A stretch of DNA of 64,000 nt from Verrucomicrobiota bacterium (GTDB lineage Bacteria > Verrucomicrobiota > Verrucomicrobiia > Limisphaerales > AAA164-E04). Position numbers and translations under genes: made by a program. The notes below the pieces were generated by a model. That model was given only the letters and a program-made list of their open reading frames with translations. It ran no database searches and was not told the origin of the DNA. The stretch lies in contig CP170459.1 of assembly GCA_047947115.1 (NCBI GenBank), forward strand, positions 2,816,001-2,880,000, in the 5' to 3' direction. Within the stretch, counting starts at the first letter, position 1; each line of letters starts with the position of its first letter. Shown here piece after piece: positions 40,494 through 50,040 of this stretch.

Positions 40494-41718
40494 CGACATT
40501 TCCATAGTTATGACTGTCAGCAAAAGTAAGGAAAGTGGCGCTGCACCGGTTTACAAAGACCGGCTGATCGGTGTCGGGCAGATGGGCGGTAAGGTGGCAT
40601 CCATGATCCTACAGCGTGGCGAACTGCCCGCCCGGGGCGTGGCACTCGACATCGATGCATCCCATCTGGAAGACCTCCAACAAGAAGGCCTCATGAAAAT
40701 TCTCTGCGACGGAGAAGGGAACATGCGTGAGGTTGGCGATCAGGAGGGGGATACATTTTCAGGAACATCCGAAAATCATTACTGTCCGGAAGCACTGGGA
40801 GGCCATTCCGACTGGGCCATGTTGGTGGCGGGGTTGGGGGATGATTGTTCAGATCCCATCCTTCGTCAGACCGTTTCGACCGTCAAAAAACAAGGAAGCC
40901 TCGCTCTTGTCATATGTTCGCTTCCTTTCGACATGGAAGGAGAAGAGAAAAAGGAGTTGGCTGAAAAAACGTTGGAAGACCTCCTTCAGATGGCGGATGC
41001 GGTGATTGCACTTCCCAACCAGAGTTATCTGAAAAATCGTAATCAACCTGTTAAAATGAAGGAGGCTTTTGAAATGAGCCGCCTCGCATTGAGCAAGGCC
41101 ACTGAGGGTGTGTGGGAAATGCTGCATGCCGATGGGTTGACAAAGATCAAGCTTTCTCACCTCCGGGAACTGTTCCGCGGTCAACATGTGGAAGGGCTGT
41201 TCGCATCCTCCGAAGCGGAAGGGGAGGACCGTGCCAAAGAGGCGGTGGAAGATCTGCTCCGACACCCACAAATGGAAGCTGGACAGGCATTGCGGCTGGC
41301 GGATGCATGTTTGCTGCAGGTTACCGGGGATGAAAGCCTGACCTTCAAGGAAGTGGACCGCATCAAACGCCACGTTCGCCGGTTTTTACCCGAGGACAAA
41401 TCTCTGGTGGTTGGGACGTCCGTGGGTGGCACCCGGGCGGGTGTTCTTTCCATTCGCTTAATCAGTGCTCATGTTTCCCATACCTTGCCCCCACTGAAGC
41501 AGTCGGACCAAAAGGCGGAACAAGTGAAAATCGCTCCGGATTATTTTCCCGTCCCCATTGAGAAAGTGTCACAGCCCGCCCCATTGGATCTTCAAGAACC
41601 GGCTCAACAAGAAGAAGTGGTCATTCAGAACAGTGGCAAAGAGCTGCCTATTGACACCCCTCATCCGATGGCGCCTCCACCGTCTGCCAAGCGCCGCAAG
41701 GGGGTTGGTAAAAAGTAC

Positions 41719-43250
41719 GGGTCTTCTCAAAAAAGAGTGGGTAAATTGAGCACGTCGGGATGCCCTATCGCTCTGTTCCAGTCCAGTAAAACATCAGCAT
41801 AACTCCCCCGCTGACGCGGAGTCGGCCTTCGGCACTTATATGATGTTTTCCTGGACTTCCACGACGCGAGAGGGCCTACGGGTGGTGTGGTTTTTCTCCA
41901 AGAAAAACCCAGAGGATTTTTATTCGAAAAGCATCGGCAATCTCCTCAACATGGCGTCGCCAAAACAAACCTCGTCAAAGAGTGCCGATGCTGTTGAAAA
42001 CCTTGCTCAATCGTTGCCATAAATTCAAATCCTTTGTCTATCGCCAAGCATGCTTCCAGGAAGTTGAAGGAGTCGAAGCTATTGTCGTAAGCGTTGAACC
42101 ACGGCAAAACAGCCGCCCAGTATGTTCAAAGTGCAATCGTAGTGCTTCCACCTATGACCATCGTCCTGGAAAACGAAAGTTTCGATTCATCCCCTTATGG
42201 GGGTGGCCGGTGTTTCTTGAATACCGGATGCGAAGAGTTAACTGCCCCAATGACGGTGTTGTCATCGAATCGGTTCCTTGGGCCAAAGGAAAAAGCCGGA
42301 TAACCTGTGTCATGGAACACTTCCTTGCACAGTGGGCTCGGAAACTTTCATGGAAAGAAGTTGCCCAGACCTTTGAAGTCAGTTGGCAATCGGTGTATCG
42401 GTCCGTTGCTTCCATTGTTGAATACGGCTTGAAGCACAGGAGTTTGGACGATATTAATGCCATCGGAGTTGATGAGGTGCATTTTGGAAAGGGGCAAAAG
42501 TATCTGACGGTGGTTTACCAGATAGATCAAGGCACGCGCCGATTGTTAAGCGTCACCAAGGAGAGAACCGAGCAATCCCTTCGGGATTTTTTTAAGATCC
42601 TCACTCAAAAGCAACTTGAGTCCATTCAATTTGTTTGTTCGGACATGTGGAAACCTTATCTCAATGTGATTAAGGAAAAACTCGAACACGCCCTCCACGT
42701 GTTGGATCGCTTCCATATCGTAGCCAATCTGAACAAAGCAATCAATGAAGTCAGGGCGGTCGAAGCGCGTAAGATGCGTCAGGACGGATACCAGGAAGTG
42801 CTTAAACACACCAAATACTGCTTTCTCAAACGTCGTGAGAACCTCACGCCCAATCAAAAGATTAAGCTGGAGGAAGTCCTCCAGTATGATCTGAAAAGTG
42901 TTCGGGCATTTTTGCTCAAAGAAGCATTTGAGTTCTTTTGGAATTACACTAGCCCATATTGGGCTGAGTGGTATTTGAACAAGTGGTGCACCAGAGCTAT
43001 GCGCTCACGTCTGGAACCCATCAAGAAATTTGCCAGCAGCCTACGAAAACATCAGCCGCTGATCCTGAATTGGTTCAGGGCCAAAAAGACTATTTCGTCG
43101 GGAGTTGTTGAGGGTTTGAACCGCAAAATAAATCTGACTACCAGAAAAGCCTACGGCTATCGTAGCTTTGAAGTGCTTAAAATAGCCCTTTTTCACACAA
43201 TGGGTGAACTACCCGAACCTAAATTTACCCACAGATTCTGAAGAAGAGGC
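41719..43250 (+). mobile_element. ISL3-family insertion sequence, copy 2 (1532 bp), inserted in ftsZ
   Basis: Same IRs as copy 1. 8-bp target duplication AAAAGTAC at 41711-41718 and 43251-43258. Confidence 0.95.
41982..43241 (+). CDS. ISL3-family transposase
   Basis: Translation identical to 3832..5091 in the ORF track. Confidence 0.95.
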   Translation: MPMLLKTLLNRCHKFKSFVYRQACFQEVEGVEAIVVSVEPRQNSRPVCSKCNRSASTYDHRPGKRKFRFIPLWGWPVFLEYRMRRVNCPNDGVVIESVPWAKGKSRITCVMEHFLAQWARKLSWKEVAQTFEVSWQSVYRSVASIVEYGLKHRSLDDINAIGVDEVHFGKGQKYLTVVYQIDQGTRRLLSVTKERTEQSLRDFFKILTQKQLESIQFVCSDMWKPYLNVIKEKLEHALHVLDRFHIVANLNKAINEVRAVEARKMRQDGYQEVLKHTKYCFLKRRENLTPNQKIKLEEVLQYDLKSVRAFLLKEAFEFFWNYTSPYWAEWYLNKWCTRAMRSRLEPIKKFASSLRKHQPLILNWFRAKKTISSGVVEGLNRKINLTTRKAYGYRSFEVLKIALFHTMGELPEPKFTHRF

Positions 43251-43514
43251 AAAAGTACTTTCAAACGTTTCTTAACCTGAGCGGGCAAAAGAAGGGACGT
43301 TTTGCGAAATGTGAACCGACCTACTACAACTCCATCAATCTGGACGAACCTACGTTCCAGCGGAAAAAAGTATTGTTTAATTGATTGGAAACGACGAGTT
43401 CCGTGTCGTTTGCTCTTGGACGGGTGTTTTCTCTGGCCTTGATGGCAACATAGGTGGAGGGAAAAATAGGCTTGATGTTTTTCCGATTGGGGCAAAGTAT
43501 ACTTCCCAATTACT

Positions 43515-44276
43515 ATGAAAGAGAGCGTTTTTCCGTTTTGGAGGGGTGCGTTTTCGCATCGTCTTGTTTCCACACGAGCGTTTACCTTGATAGAATTGCT
43601 GGTGGTGATTGCCATCATCGCCATTCTGGCGAGCATGTTATTGCCGGCATTGAGCAAGGCGAAGGAAAAGGCTCATCGGACCAAGTGTCTCAGTAACCTC
43701 AAGCAGATGTTGTTGGCCACGCACATGTATGTGACGGACAACGAAGATTATCTTCCTTACAGTTCCTGGAGTTCCGGTACCTACGATGTTGCCAATTGGC
43801 TCTACACGCGGAAGCGAGGTCAGAATCCGGAACACGATGTTACCCTCGGTCAGCTTTGGAATTATGTTCCCACCGGCCAGATATATTGGTGTCCACTGGA
43901 TCGCACGAACACGGCGCTTTTCAAACAACGCGAAATGCAGGTATCCAGTTATGTGATGAATGGGGCTGTGACGGCTTACGGCACATCTCCCAACGGGGTG
44001 CAGTGGGGAAGTTTCAAGATGGACCAGTTTAATGCGGGGAATTTGCTTTATTGGGAAGCGGATGAGCGCCTGCCTTCCAATTATGACAATGTGGCCAGCC
44101 GTCCGAATGAAGGTGTCACAGAAAGGCACAACAGCGGCACTAATCTGGGTATGTTCGGAGGTCATGTGGAGTATTGGAAGTTTACCGACTATTATGAAGA
44201 AGCCGGTATTGGTGGATTTTCCGGCAAGCGCCCCGGTTTGTTCTGGTGCAATCCGTCATCAGTGAATGGCGATTGA
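43515..44276 (+). CDS. Prepilin-type N-terminal cleavage/methylation domain protein (PVC DUF1559-like)
   Basis: [39 protein letters not shown], with C-terminal [16 protein letters not shown]. Confidence 0.9.
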   Translation: MKESVFPFWRGAFSHRLVSTRAFTLIELLVVIAIIAILASMLLPALSKAKEKAHRTKCLSNLKQMLLATHMYVTDNEDYLPYSSWSSGTYDVANWLYTRKRGQNPEHDVTLGQLWNYVPTGQIYWCPLDRTNTALFKQREMQVSSYVMNGAVTAYGTSPNGVQWGSFKMDQFNAGNLLYWEADERLPSNYDNVASRPNEGVTERHNSGTNLGMFGGHVEYWKFTDYYEEAGIGGFSGKRPGLFWCNPSSVNGD

Positions 44277-44319
44277 CGGATGGCTCATTACAAAAAAGAT
44301 CACTTATGTTCAATGGGTT

Positions 44320-44718
44320 ATGAAATATCAGTTTCAAAAATGGGTGGGTTGGTTTGCTGCAGTCATTTTATGTCTATGGGGCGTTGGTTGTGGCGACAGC
44401 GATGATGGAAAGCTTCATTCCAGTAAATCGGTCGATGAAGCGGCCGATTATTTGAGTGATGCATTTTCGGGGTCGAATGCAAAGCTACAGGGGCATGCAA
44501 AGGAAGCTTCAGAGCACATGAAGAAGAAACGTTATCGCAAGGCCTTGATCTCCATTCAGGAAATCAAGCTTTCCGGTGAAGTGTCTACCATGAAGGAAGG
44601 GGCTGCTGTGAGGGATTCACTGATCAATTTGGAGGAGGAATTGATTTACGCCATTCAAAGTGGGGACAAAAATGCCCAGCAAGCTTATGACCTTTTGAAG
44701 CGAGTCAATCGGAACTGA
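44320..44718 (+). CDS. Hypothetical lipoprotein
   Basis: MKYQFQKWVGWFAAVILCLWGVGC (lipobox-like GVGC), followed by a helical soluble domain. Confidence 0.7.
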   Translation: MKYQFQKWVGWFAAVILCLWGVGCGDSDDGKLHSSKSVDEAADYLSDAFSGSNAKLQGHAKEASEHMKKKRYRKALISIQEIKLSGEVSTMKEGAAVRDSLINLEEELIYAIQSGDKNAQQAYDLLKRVNRN

Positions 44719-44786
44719 TTGATTTGAGCTGGCAGCTCCTTTGAGGATAGCGCTTGTTATCTTTATGGGCGCGATCTTTCCAAAAT

Positions 44787-44821
44787 AAAAAAACCCCGCA
44801 CCTGAAAAGGTTTGGGGTTTT
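44787..44821. terminator. Bidirectional intrinsic terminator
   Basis: aaaacccc-gc-acct GAAA aggt-tt-ggggtttt with A/T tracts, between convergent genes. Confidence 0.75.
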
Positions 44822-44845
44822 GAAAGTTTGGATGAGATGAATCAG

Positions 44846-45079
44846 TTATTCACCGTCTTCGCCGATAGCTTCGACGGGGCAGCCTTCCATGGCTTCCTGG
44901 CACTGGGTGGCTTCATCATCGTTCTCGGGTTGCTTGTAGACGAATGAGTATCCCCCATCTTCCTGGCGCTTGAAGTTGTCAGGGGCGGTTTCACGGCACA
45001 AATCACAGTCGATGCATTGGTCATCGACATAGTATGTGCCGCCTACGTTTTCAGGATGTTTGTTTGCTGCGTCTGCCAT
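44846..45079 (-). CDS. Single-cluster ferredoxin
   Basis: YYVDDQCIDCDLC..EAMEGCPVEAIG (CxxCxxC..CP). Confidence 0.92.
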   Translation of the reverse strand: MADAANKHPENVGGTYYVDDQCIDCDLCRETAPDNFKRQEDGGYSFVYKQPENDDEATQCQEAMEGCPVEAIGEDGE

Positions 45080-45245
45080 AATTTTATCTTGTTCCTATGT
45101 TCCTAGCTGTTGCGGGACTTTTTTGATCGAATCCCACGTTCTTATTGTTTGTGCGCTGTCCGGGCTTTGCTTTCGCCACTCTCGTCGTTTTGGGAGGGGC
45201 AAGGGAGGGCCAAGGGCGTGCTCACTGGAAGAAAATAATGAAGAA

Positions 45246-46622
45246 TCATTCGTAGCGCAAGGCCTGAATTGGATGTAAACCTGCCGCCTTGTAAGCGGGG
45301 AACAGTCCAGCAACAATTCCCACCATGGCGCTGAAAGCCACTGCCAGAAGCATGGGGGTAGTGGTGATGATGGGGGAATTTTGAGCGGGAGAGGCCATTT
45401 CGATCAGTTCCACCAGAACAAACGAAAATCCCAGCCCCACCACTGCGCCCAGCATGGCGACCGCGATGCTTTCCACGATGATCTGGGTGAAAATGGCTTC
45501 ACTGCTGGCTCCCACTGCTTTGCACGTCCCGATTTCGCGGATGCGTTCGTTGATGCTGGCCAACATGATGTTCATGATGCCGATGCCTCCCACCAGCAGG
45601 CTCAATCCCGCAATCACTCCCTGACTGATGCGCATGTTGCGAATTCGGGTGCGAATGTCGTTGATCTGGTTTTCCTGGGTGTCGAACTCAAAGTCGTTGA
45701 TGCCATTGTGGGAGATCAACATCACGTTGCGTGCCTGTTGCAAGGCTTGTTCGATCAGGTCGAGGTCGGCAATTTTTATGTCGATGTCCGTGAGAATAGG
45801 GTCCGGGGTTCCGTCCTCGTTGGAAGCGGCACGGAATTTGATCCAGGCTGTGTTAAGCGGCATGTAGATGACGTTGTTTTTCCGCCAGAAAGCGTCACCC
45901 CATTTCTTTGCTCCACTCCATCCGCGTTCGCGTTTGACTCCGCCCTTTTTCTCCCCTGCTTCCGCTGCCTGTTTCTTGGCAAGTTCCTTCAGTTTGCGTT
46001 CCTGCTCGCTTTCGTAGTGCTTGAACATGCCCACAATGGTGAAGGGTTGCCCTCCGATGTTGATGATCTCACCGATTGGAACGAAGTTCTCGCCTGTTTC
46101 GTCCGGACTGCCGAAGAGCTGATCGCGCACTCCGGTTCCGATCACACACACGCTGTTGGCAAACTCTTCATCCAGATCACAGAAAAAGCGCCCATGCTCC
46201 ACTTCGTAAAGATTCATTTCGAGCACGGCGGGCCAGACCCCGACGATTTCGGAAGTAGAAGCGGATTTACCCTTGTGAGTGACACGCGTGCCGCGCCAGT
46301 CCAGGCGCATTTCGGGTGAGATTTCGGTGATGAGAGGGGCGCTGGCTTGCAGGGCATAGACATCCTTGATGCGGCGCCCTGGACTTTGGTTTTTCAGATG
46401 GTCCTGCCAGGTGGGCACGTCTTCGTCGTCGATGCGGACCTTGTCCAGACCGCCCATGGCAATCATGGATTCTTTCATGCCCTTTTCCATCCCGGTGATG
46501 ACTGCCGCCATGGCCACCAGACTGGACACACCCAATACGATGCCAAACATGGTCAGCAGGGTTCGAAACTTGTGCGACCAGATATCCTTCAGTCCTATTA
46601 AAACGGCGTTGTAGAGATTCAT
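45246..46622 (-). CDS. ABC transporter permease, MacB/FtsX family
   Basis: RTLLTMFGIVLGVSS, GGIGIMNIMLASINERIREIG, AAGLHPIQALRYE. Confidence 0.92.
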   Translation of the reverse strand: MNLYNAVLIGLKDIWSHKFRTLLTMFGIVLGVSSLVAMAAVITGMEKGMKESMIAMGGLDKVRIDDEDVPTWQDHLKNQSPGRRIKDVYALQASAPLITEISPEMRLDWRGTRVTHKGKSASTSEIVGVWPAVLEMNLYEVEHGRFFCDLDEEFANSVCVIGTGVRDQLFGSPDETGENFVPIGEIINIGGQPFTIVGMFKHYESEQERKLKELAKKQAAEAGEKKGGVKRERGWSGAKKWGDAFWRKNNVIYMPLNTAWIKFRAASNEDGTPDPILTDIDIKIADLDLIEQALQQARNVMLISHNGINDFEFDTQENQINDIRTRIRNMRISQGVIAGLSLLVGGIGIMNIMLASINERIREIGTCKAVGASSEAIFTQIIVESIAVAMLGAVVGLGFSFVLVELIEMASPAQNSPIITTTPMLLAVAFSAMVGIVAGLFPAYKAAGLHPIQALRYE

Positions 46623-46637
46623 GACAGTGCGCTCGGA

Positions 46638-48023
46638 TTAATCGTATTTCAGGGCCTGGATGGGGTGGAGTTTGGATGCCTTGAAGGCTGGGATCGTGCC
46701 GGCGACGATACCGACCATCGCCGAGCAGGCAAACGCGAACATCATGGCCTGCGTAGTGATTTCCGGGTTGTTCTCACTCGGGGTAAAGATGGTGATGGAG
46801 TGAACCAATCCCACGGAAACGGCCAGTCCCATGACACCGCCCACCAGGGCGATGACCACGCTTTCGATGATGATCTGGATGAAGATGTCTGCGGTGGTCG
46901 CGCCGACCGCCTTGCGAATACCGATTTCACGGACACGTTCCGAAATGCTGGCCAACATGATGTTCATGATGCCGATGCCTCCGACCACCAAGGCGATGGC
47001 TGCAATGATGACACCGCTCATGCGGAAATTCTGAATTGTTACCTGTATCCCATCCGCCAGGTCTTCTTCCGTTCGGAATGACCAGTCCTCGATTCCGTTG
47101 TGGGAAACCTGCAAGACGTTTCGTATCTGCTGCAGTGCAGTTTCGAGCAAGCCAATATCTTTGACCTTCATGTAGATCCCTGAAAGCCTTGGGTCGGCGG
47201 TCTCGTTGAGGCCCGCTGCCGAGCGAAACTGGATCATCATGGTCTGCAGCGGAATGAAGACTGAATTGTTTTTGAGCCGGAATACGTAACCACTCGGGCC
47301 GCTTCCACTGCGGCCTTTGTCTCGGACCACACCTGTCTGCTGCTGGGGTTCTTGCAGGGCGCGTAGTCGTTCCAATTCCTTTTCCTTGCGTTCCTTTTCG
47401 GTCATGTAGTGCTCGAACATGCCGACAATGGTAAAGGGTTGGCCGTTGATGCGGATGACTTCGCCGATGGGGACGATTTCTTCGCCCGTTTTTTCGGGGT
47501 CGCCGAACAAGTCATTGCGAATGTCCACACCGATGACGCAGACGCTGCGCGCCGTTTCGTTGTCGATTTCATTGAACATGCGTCCGTGTTCGATGCGGTG
47601 GTCTTCCAGGTCAAGGATGCCGGGCCACGTTCCGTATATACGCCATGGGCGTGCTCTTTTGCCCCGGTAGGTGATGTTGATGCGGGAACGATAGCCGTGT
47701 TGTTCCACCACCGGGGTAACGTTTTCCACCAGCGGAGCACCAGCCTGCAGAGCAAAGACGTCTTTCATCCGCAGGCCCGGGGCCTGATCGGTCAGATGTT
47801 TTTGATAGGACGGCAGGTCGTCCTGAAATTCCACCCGAACTTTTTCCAATCCTCCCATGGCCACCAGGGCTTCTTTCATCCCGTTTTCCATCCCTTTCAC
47901 CAATGCGGACATGGCGACCAGGCTTGAAACCCCCAGGATGATTCCCAGCATGGTCAACATGGATCTGAACTTGTTTGCCCAGATCTCTTTGAGTCCAACC
48001 AGAATGGTGTCCAGAAGGTTCAT
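46638..48023 (-). CDS. ABC transporter permease, MacB/FtsX family
   Basis: RSMLTMLGIILGVSS, GGIGIMNIMLASISERVREIG, ASKLHPIQALKYD. Confidence 0.92.
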   Translation of the reverse strand: MNLLDTILVGLKEIWANKFRSMLTMLGIILGVSSLVAMSALVKGMENGMKEALVAMGGLEKVRVEFQDDLPSYQKHLTDQAPGLRMKDVFALQAGAPLVENVTPVVEQHGYRSRINITYRGKRARPWRIYGTWPGILDLEDHRIEHGRMFNEIDNETARSVCVIGVDIRNDLFGDPEKTGEEIVPIGEVIRINGQPFTIVGMFEHYMTEKERKEKELERLRALQEPQQQTGVVRDKGRSGSGPSGYVFRLKNNSVFIPLQTMMIQFRSAAGLNETADPRLSGIYMKVKDIGLLETALQQIRNVLQVSHNGIEDWSFRTEEDLADGIQVTIQNFRMSGVIIAAIALVVGGIGIMNIMLASISERVREIGIRKAVGATTADIFIQIIIESVVIALVGGVMGLAVSVGLVHSITIFTPSENNPEITTQAMMFAFACSAMVGIVAGTIPAFKASKLHPIQALKYD

Positions 48024-48757
48024 GACGAGGGGGAGGGAGTTCGATTGATCTGAAAGCGAGAGGTCTGGCCGGAAAGTTTTGCGTCCACTTCCGACGCGAT
48101 TTTGCCATCCCGAATCTCGATTTTCTGAGGTGTCAGGGCGGCAATCTCCGGATCGTGGGTTACCAGCATGATCGTGCGGCCTTCGTTATGCAGTTTGCAG
48201 AAGGTTTCAAGGATCATTTCCCCGGTGTGGGAATCGAGATTTCCGGTTGGTTCATCGGCGAAAATGATGCGGGGATCATTCACCAGTGCTCGGGCAATGG
48301 CGACGCGCTGCTGTTGTCCGCCGGAGAGTTGAGAAGGTCGGTGTTTGGAGCGGTCCTGGAGCCCGACGAGTTCGAGGGCATGCATGGCGCGTTTGTGACG
48401 TTCCCGGCCGGAAGTACCCCGGTAGATCAGGGGGAGCTCGACATTTTGGGCAACATTCAATTTGGGGAGCAAATTGAAAAACTGAAAGACAAAGCCTATT
48501 TTTTCACCGCGTATCTTTGCCAATTGGCGTGCCGAGGCGTTGTGAATGTCGGTGCCATCCAATTTCATCGAGCCTGATGTCGGAGAGTCGAGGCAACCGA
48601 GGATGTGCATCAGTGTGGATTTACCCGATCCGGATGGACCGATGATGGAGGTGAAATCACCTTGTTGGACATCCAGATCGACCCCATCCAGCGCATGGAT
48701 GGTTTCGCCACCCAGGTGGTAGGTTTTTCGGATTTCCCTTAATTCGACGAGCGCCAT
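48020..48757 (-). CDS. ABC transporter ATP-binding protein (MacB/LolD type)
   Basis: GPSGSGKST, LSGGQQQRVAIARAL, ADEPTGNLD, VTHD. Confidence 0.96.
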   Translation of the reverse strand: MALVELREIRKTYHLGGETIHALDGVDLDVQQGDFTSIIGPSGSGKSTLMHILGCLDSPTSGSMKLDGTDIHNASARQLAKIRGEKIGFVFQFFNLLPKLNVAQNVELPLIYRGTSGRERHKRAMHALELVGLQDRSKHRPSQLSGGQQQRVAIARALVNDPRIIFADEPTGNLDSHTGEMILETFCKLHNEGRTIMLVTHDPEIAALTPQKIEIRDGKIASEVDAKLSGQTSRFQINRTPSPSS

Positions 48758-48765
48758 GGATCAGT

Positions 48766-49911
48766 TCAGCTTGGATTCGATGCGAGATTGCCTGGTGCAT
48801 TGCCGCTTTCCACGATGGATTCGAGTGGGGGTTGCTCCAGAGAAACGGTTTCGCCCGAGTTCAAGCCGGACAGGATTTCCGCGAAAAAGTAGTCCGCCAC
48901 ACCGATTTGCACCACACGGCGTTCGAATGTGTTTCCGTTTTGAACATAAACGAATCGTTCCTGTTTTTTGAGTTGCTCGTTGTATTCAGTGAATACAGCC
49001 CCTAATGGCACCGCGGTGACTCCGGCAGCGGATTGGACGGGGATCTTGATGTTGGCTGTCATGCCGGGTTGAATGCGGGGATCAATCTTATTCAGCAGGA
49101 TGCGAGCTGAAAATCCCTTGATGCCGTTGACGATGGTGGCTTGAGGTGCGATGCGTTCGACGGTTCCCTCCACGACCAATCCGGCGATCGCCTCAACTTG
49201 GATATCCACCTTCAATCCGACGCTCAGCCGGCTGACATCAGCCTGGTTGACGTGGGCGTTAATAATCATGCGGTTCAGGTCCGCGATCGTGAGCACCTCG
49301 GTGCCGCTGTTGAATCCGCCCGAACCTGAGACGGCTTGTCCTGCGGAAACAGGGCGGGTGAGGATGGTGCAATCGAAAGGTGCCAGGATCTGGGTTTTAT
49401 CCAAACGTTCCATCGCTAGGTCGAGGTCTTTTTGGGCACGCTCGATGTTGTTTTTAGCGAGGCTGAATTCGGTTTCCGTGTTTTCAAAGGCCTCCTTGGA
49501 TACCAGGTTTTCCTGGTATAGCTTCCTGTCACGCTCAAAATTGCGCCGGGCTTTCTCCAACTGAAGGTTTGCAGCATCGATCTGGGTTTGCCGCTGCTCG
49601 ATTTCAATGCGGATGTTCTTGTCATCCAAGGCGAAGAGGAGCTGATCCTTTTTGACCTTGTCTCCGATGTCGACGGGTAGTTCCAGAATCAACCCATTGA
49701 CTTCCGGGCGGACCGATACCTGTTTTTCGGGCGTGATTTCTCCTGAAACCGTCACCACGAAATTAATGTCCTTGGTTTCCACCTTGGCGGTGGTCTCCCG
49801 GTTATTTAGCGCTTCGTTCGCTGCCGAAGCGGCTTCTTTGGATTTCTTGAGGTAGGTGAAACCAAAAGCGGCGGCTGCGACAATGACTATGGCTAAAACG
49901 ATGTTCTTCAT
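48766..49911 (-). CDS. Efflux periplasmic adaptor (MacA/HlyD family)
   Basis: N-terminal TM anchor, lipoyl halves (VDIGDKVKKDQLL; ILAPFDCTI), hairpin coiled coil, PGMTA. Confidence 0.92.
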   Translation of the reverse strand: MKNIVLAIVIVAAAAFGFTYLKKSKEAASAANEALNNRETTAKVETKDINFVVTVSGEITPEKQVSVRPEVNGLILELPVDIGDKVKKDQLLFALDDKNIRIEIEQRQTQIDAANLQLEKARRNFERDRKLYQENLVSKEAFENTETEFSLAKNNIERAQKDLDLAMERLDKTQILAPFDCTILTRPVSAGQAVSGSGGFNSGTEVLTIADLNRMIINAHVNQADVSRLSVGLKVDIQVEAIAGLVVEGTVERIAPQATIVNGIKGFSARILLNKIDPRIQPGMTANIKIPVQSAAGVTAVPLGAVFTEYNEQLKKQERFVYVQNGNTFERRVVQIGVADYFFAEILSGLNSGETVSLEQPPLESIVESGNAPGNLASNPS

Positions 49912-50009
49912 TTCTTATTATGTGGCTATGACCTGTTCAAATAGCTCTATGTTACAATTTTTTTAAGGCCTGCTTCTACCTCATTCCACAATGGGTGCTG
50001 CGAGTAAAG

Positions 50010-50040
50010 TGGTAAAGTGACATTCTTTGTCACTTTACCA
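50010..50040. promoter_or_regulatory. Perfect 13-bp inverted repeat upstream of the ABC exporter operon
   Basis: TGGTAAAGTGACA-ttctt-TGTCACTTTACCA. Confidence 0.55.

Larger units (their letters stand above)
40510..43384 (+). pseudogene. ftsZ: Highly divergent FtsZ interrupted by ISL3 (5' part 40510-41718, 3' part 43259-43384)
   Basis: Follows ftsA. Residual motifs IGVG, PFDMEG, DAVIALPNQ, GEDRA. Removing the IS and one target copy restores a 444-aa frame ending KGRFAKCEPT..NLDEPTFQRKKVLFN. Confidence 0.88.

Noticed and set aside
40399..40509. ORF-track N-terminal extension of ftsZ, and similar extensions of murG, murE and DUF1501
   Set aside because: They overlap the upstream genes. Downstream ATGs give starts that fit the family and the operon spacing.
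41840..42022. 60-aa ORF in the IS leader (also 5051..5233) as a passenger gene or frameshift partner
   Set aside because: No recognisable motif or RBS. The transposase is complete on its own, and ISL3 elements do not need frameshifting.
45553..46982. 38-bp identical stretch shared by the two permease genes
   Set aside because: It encodes the most conserved family motif (GGIGIMNIMLASI), which is rich in low-degeneracy codons. Paralogy explains it.
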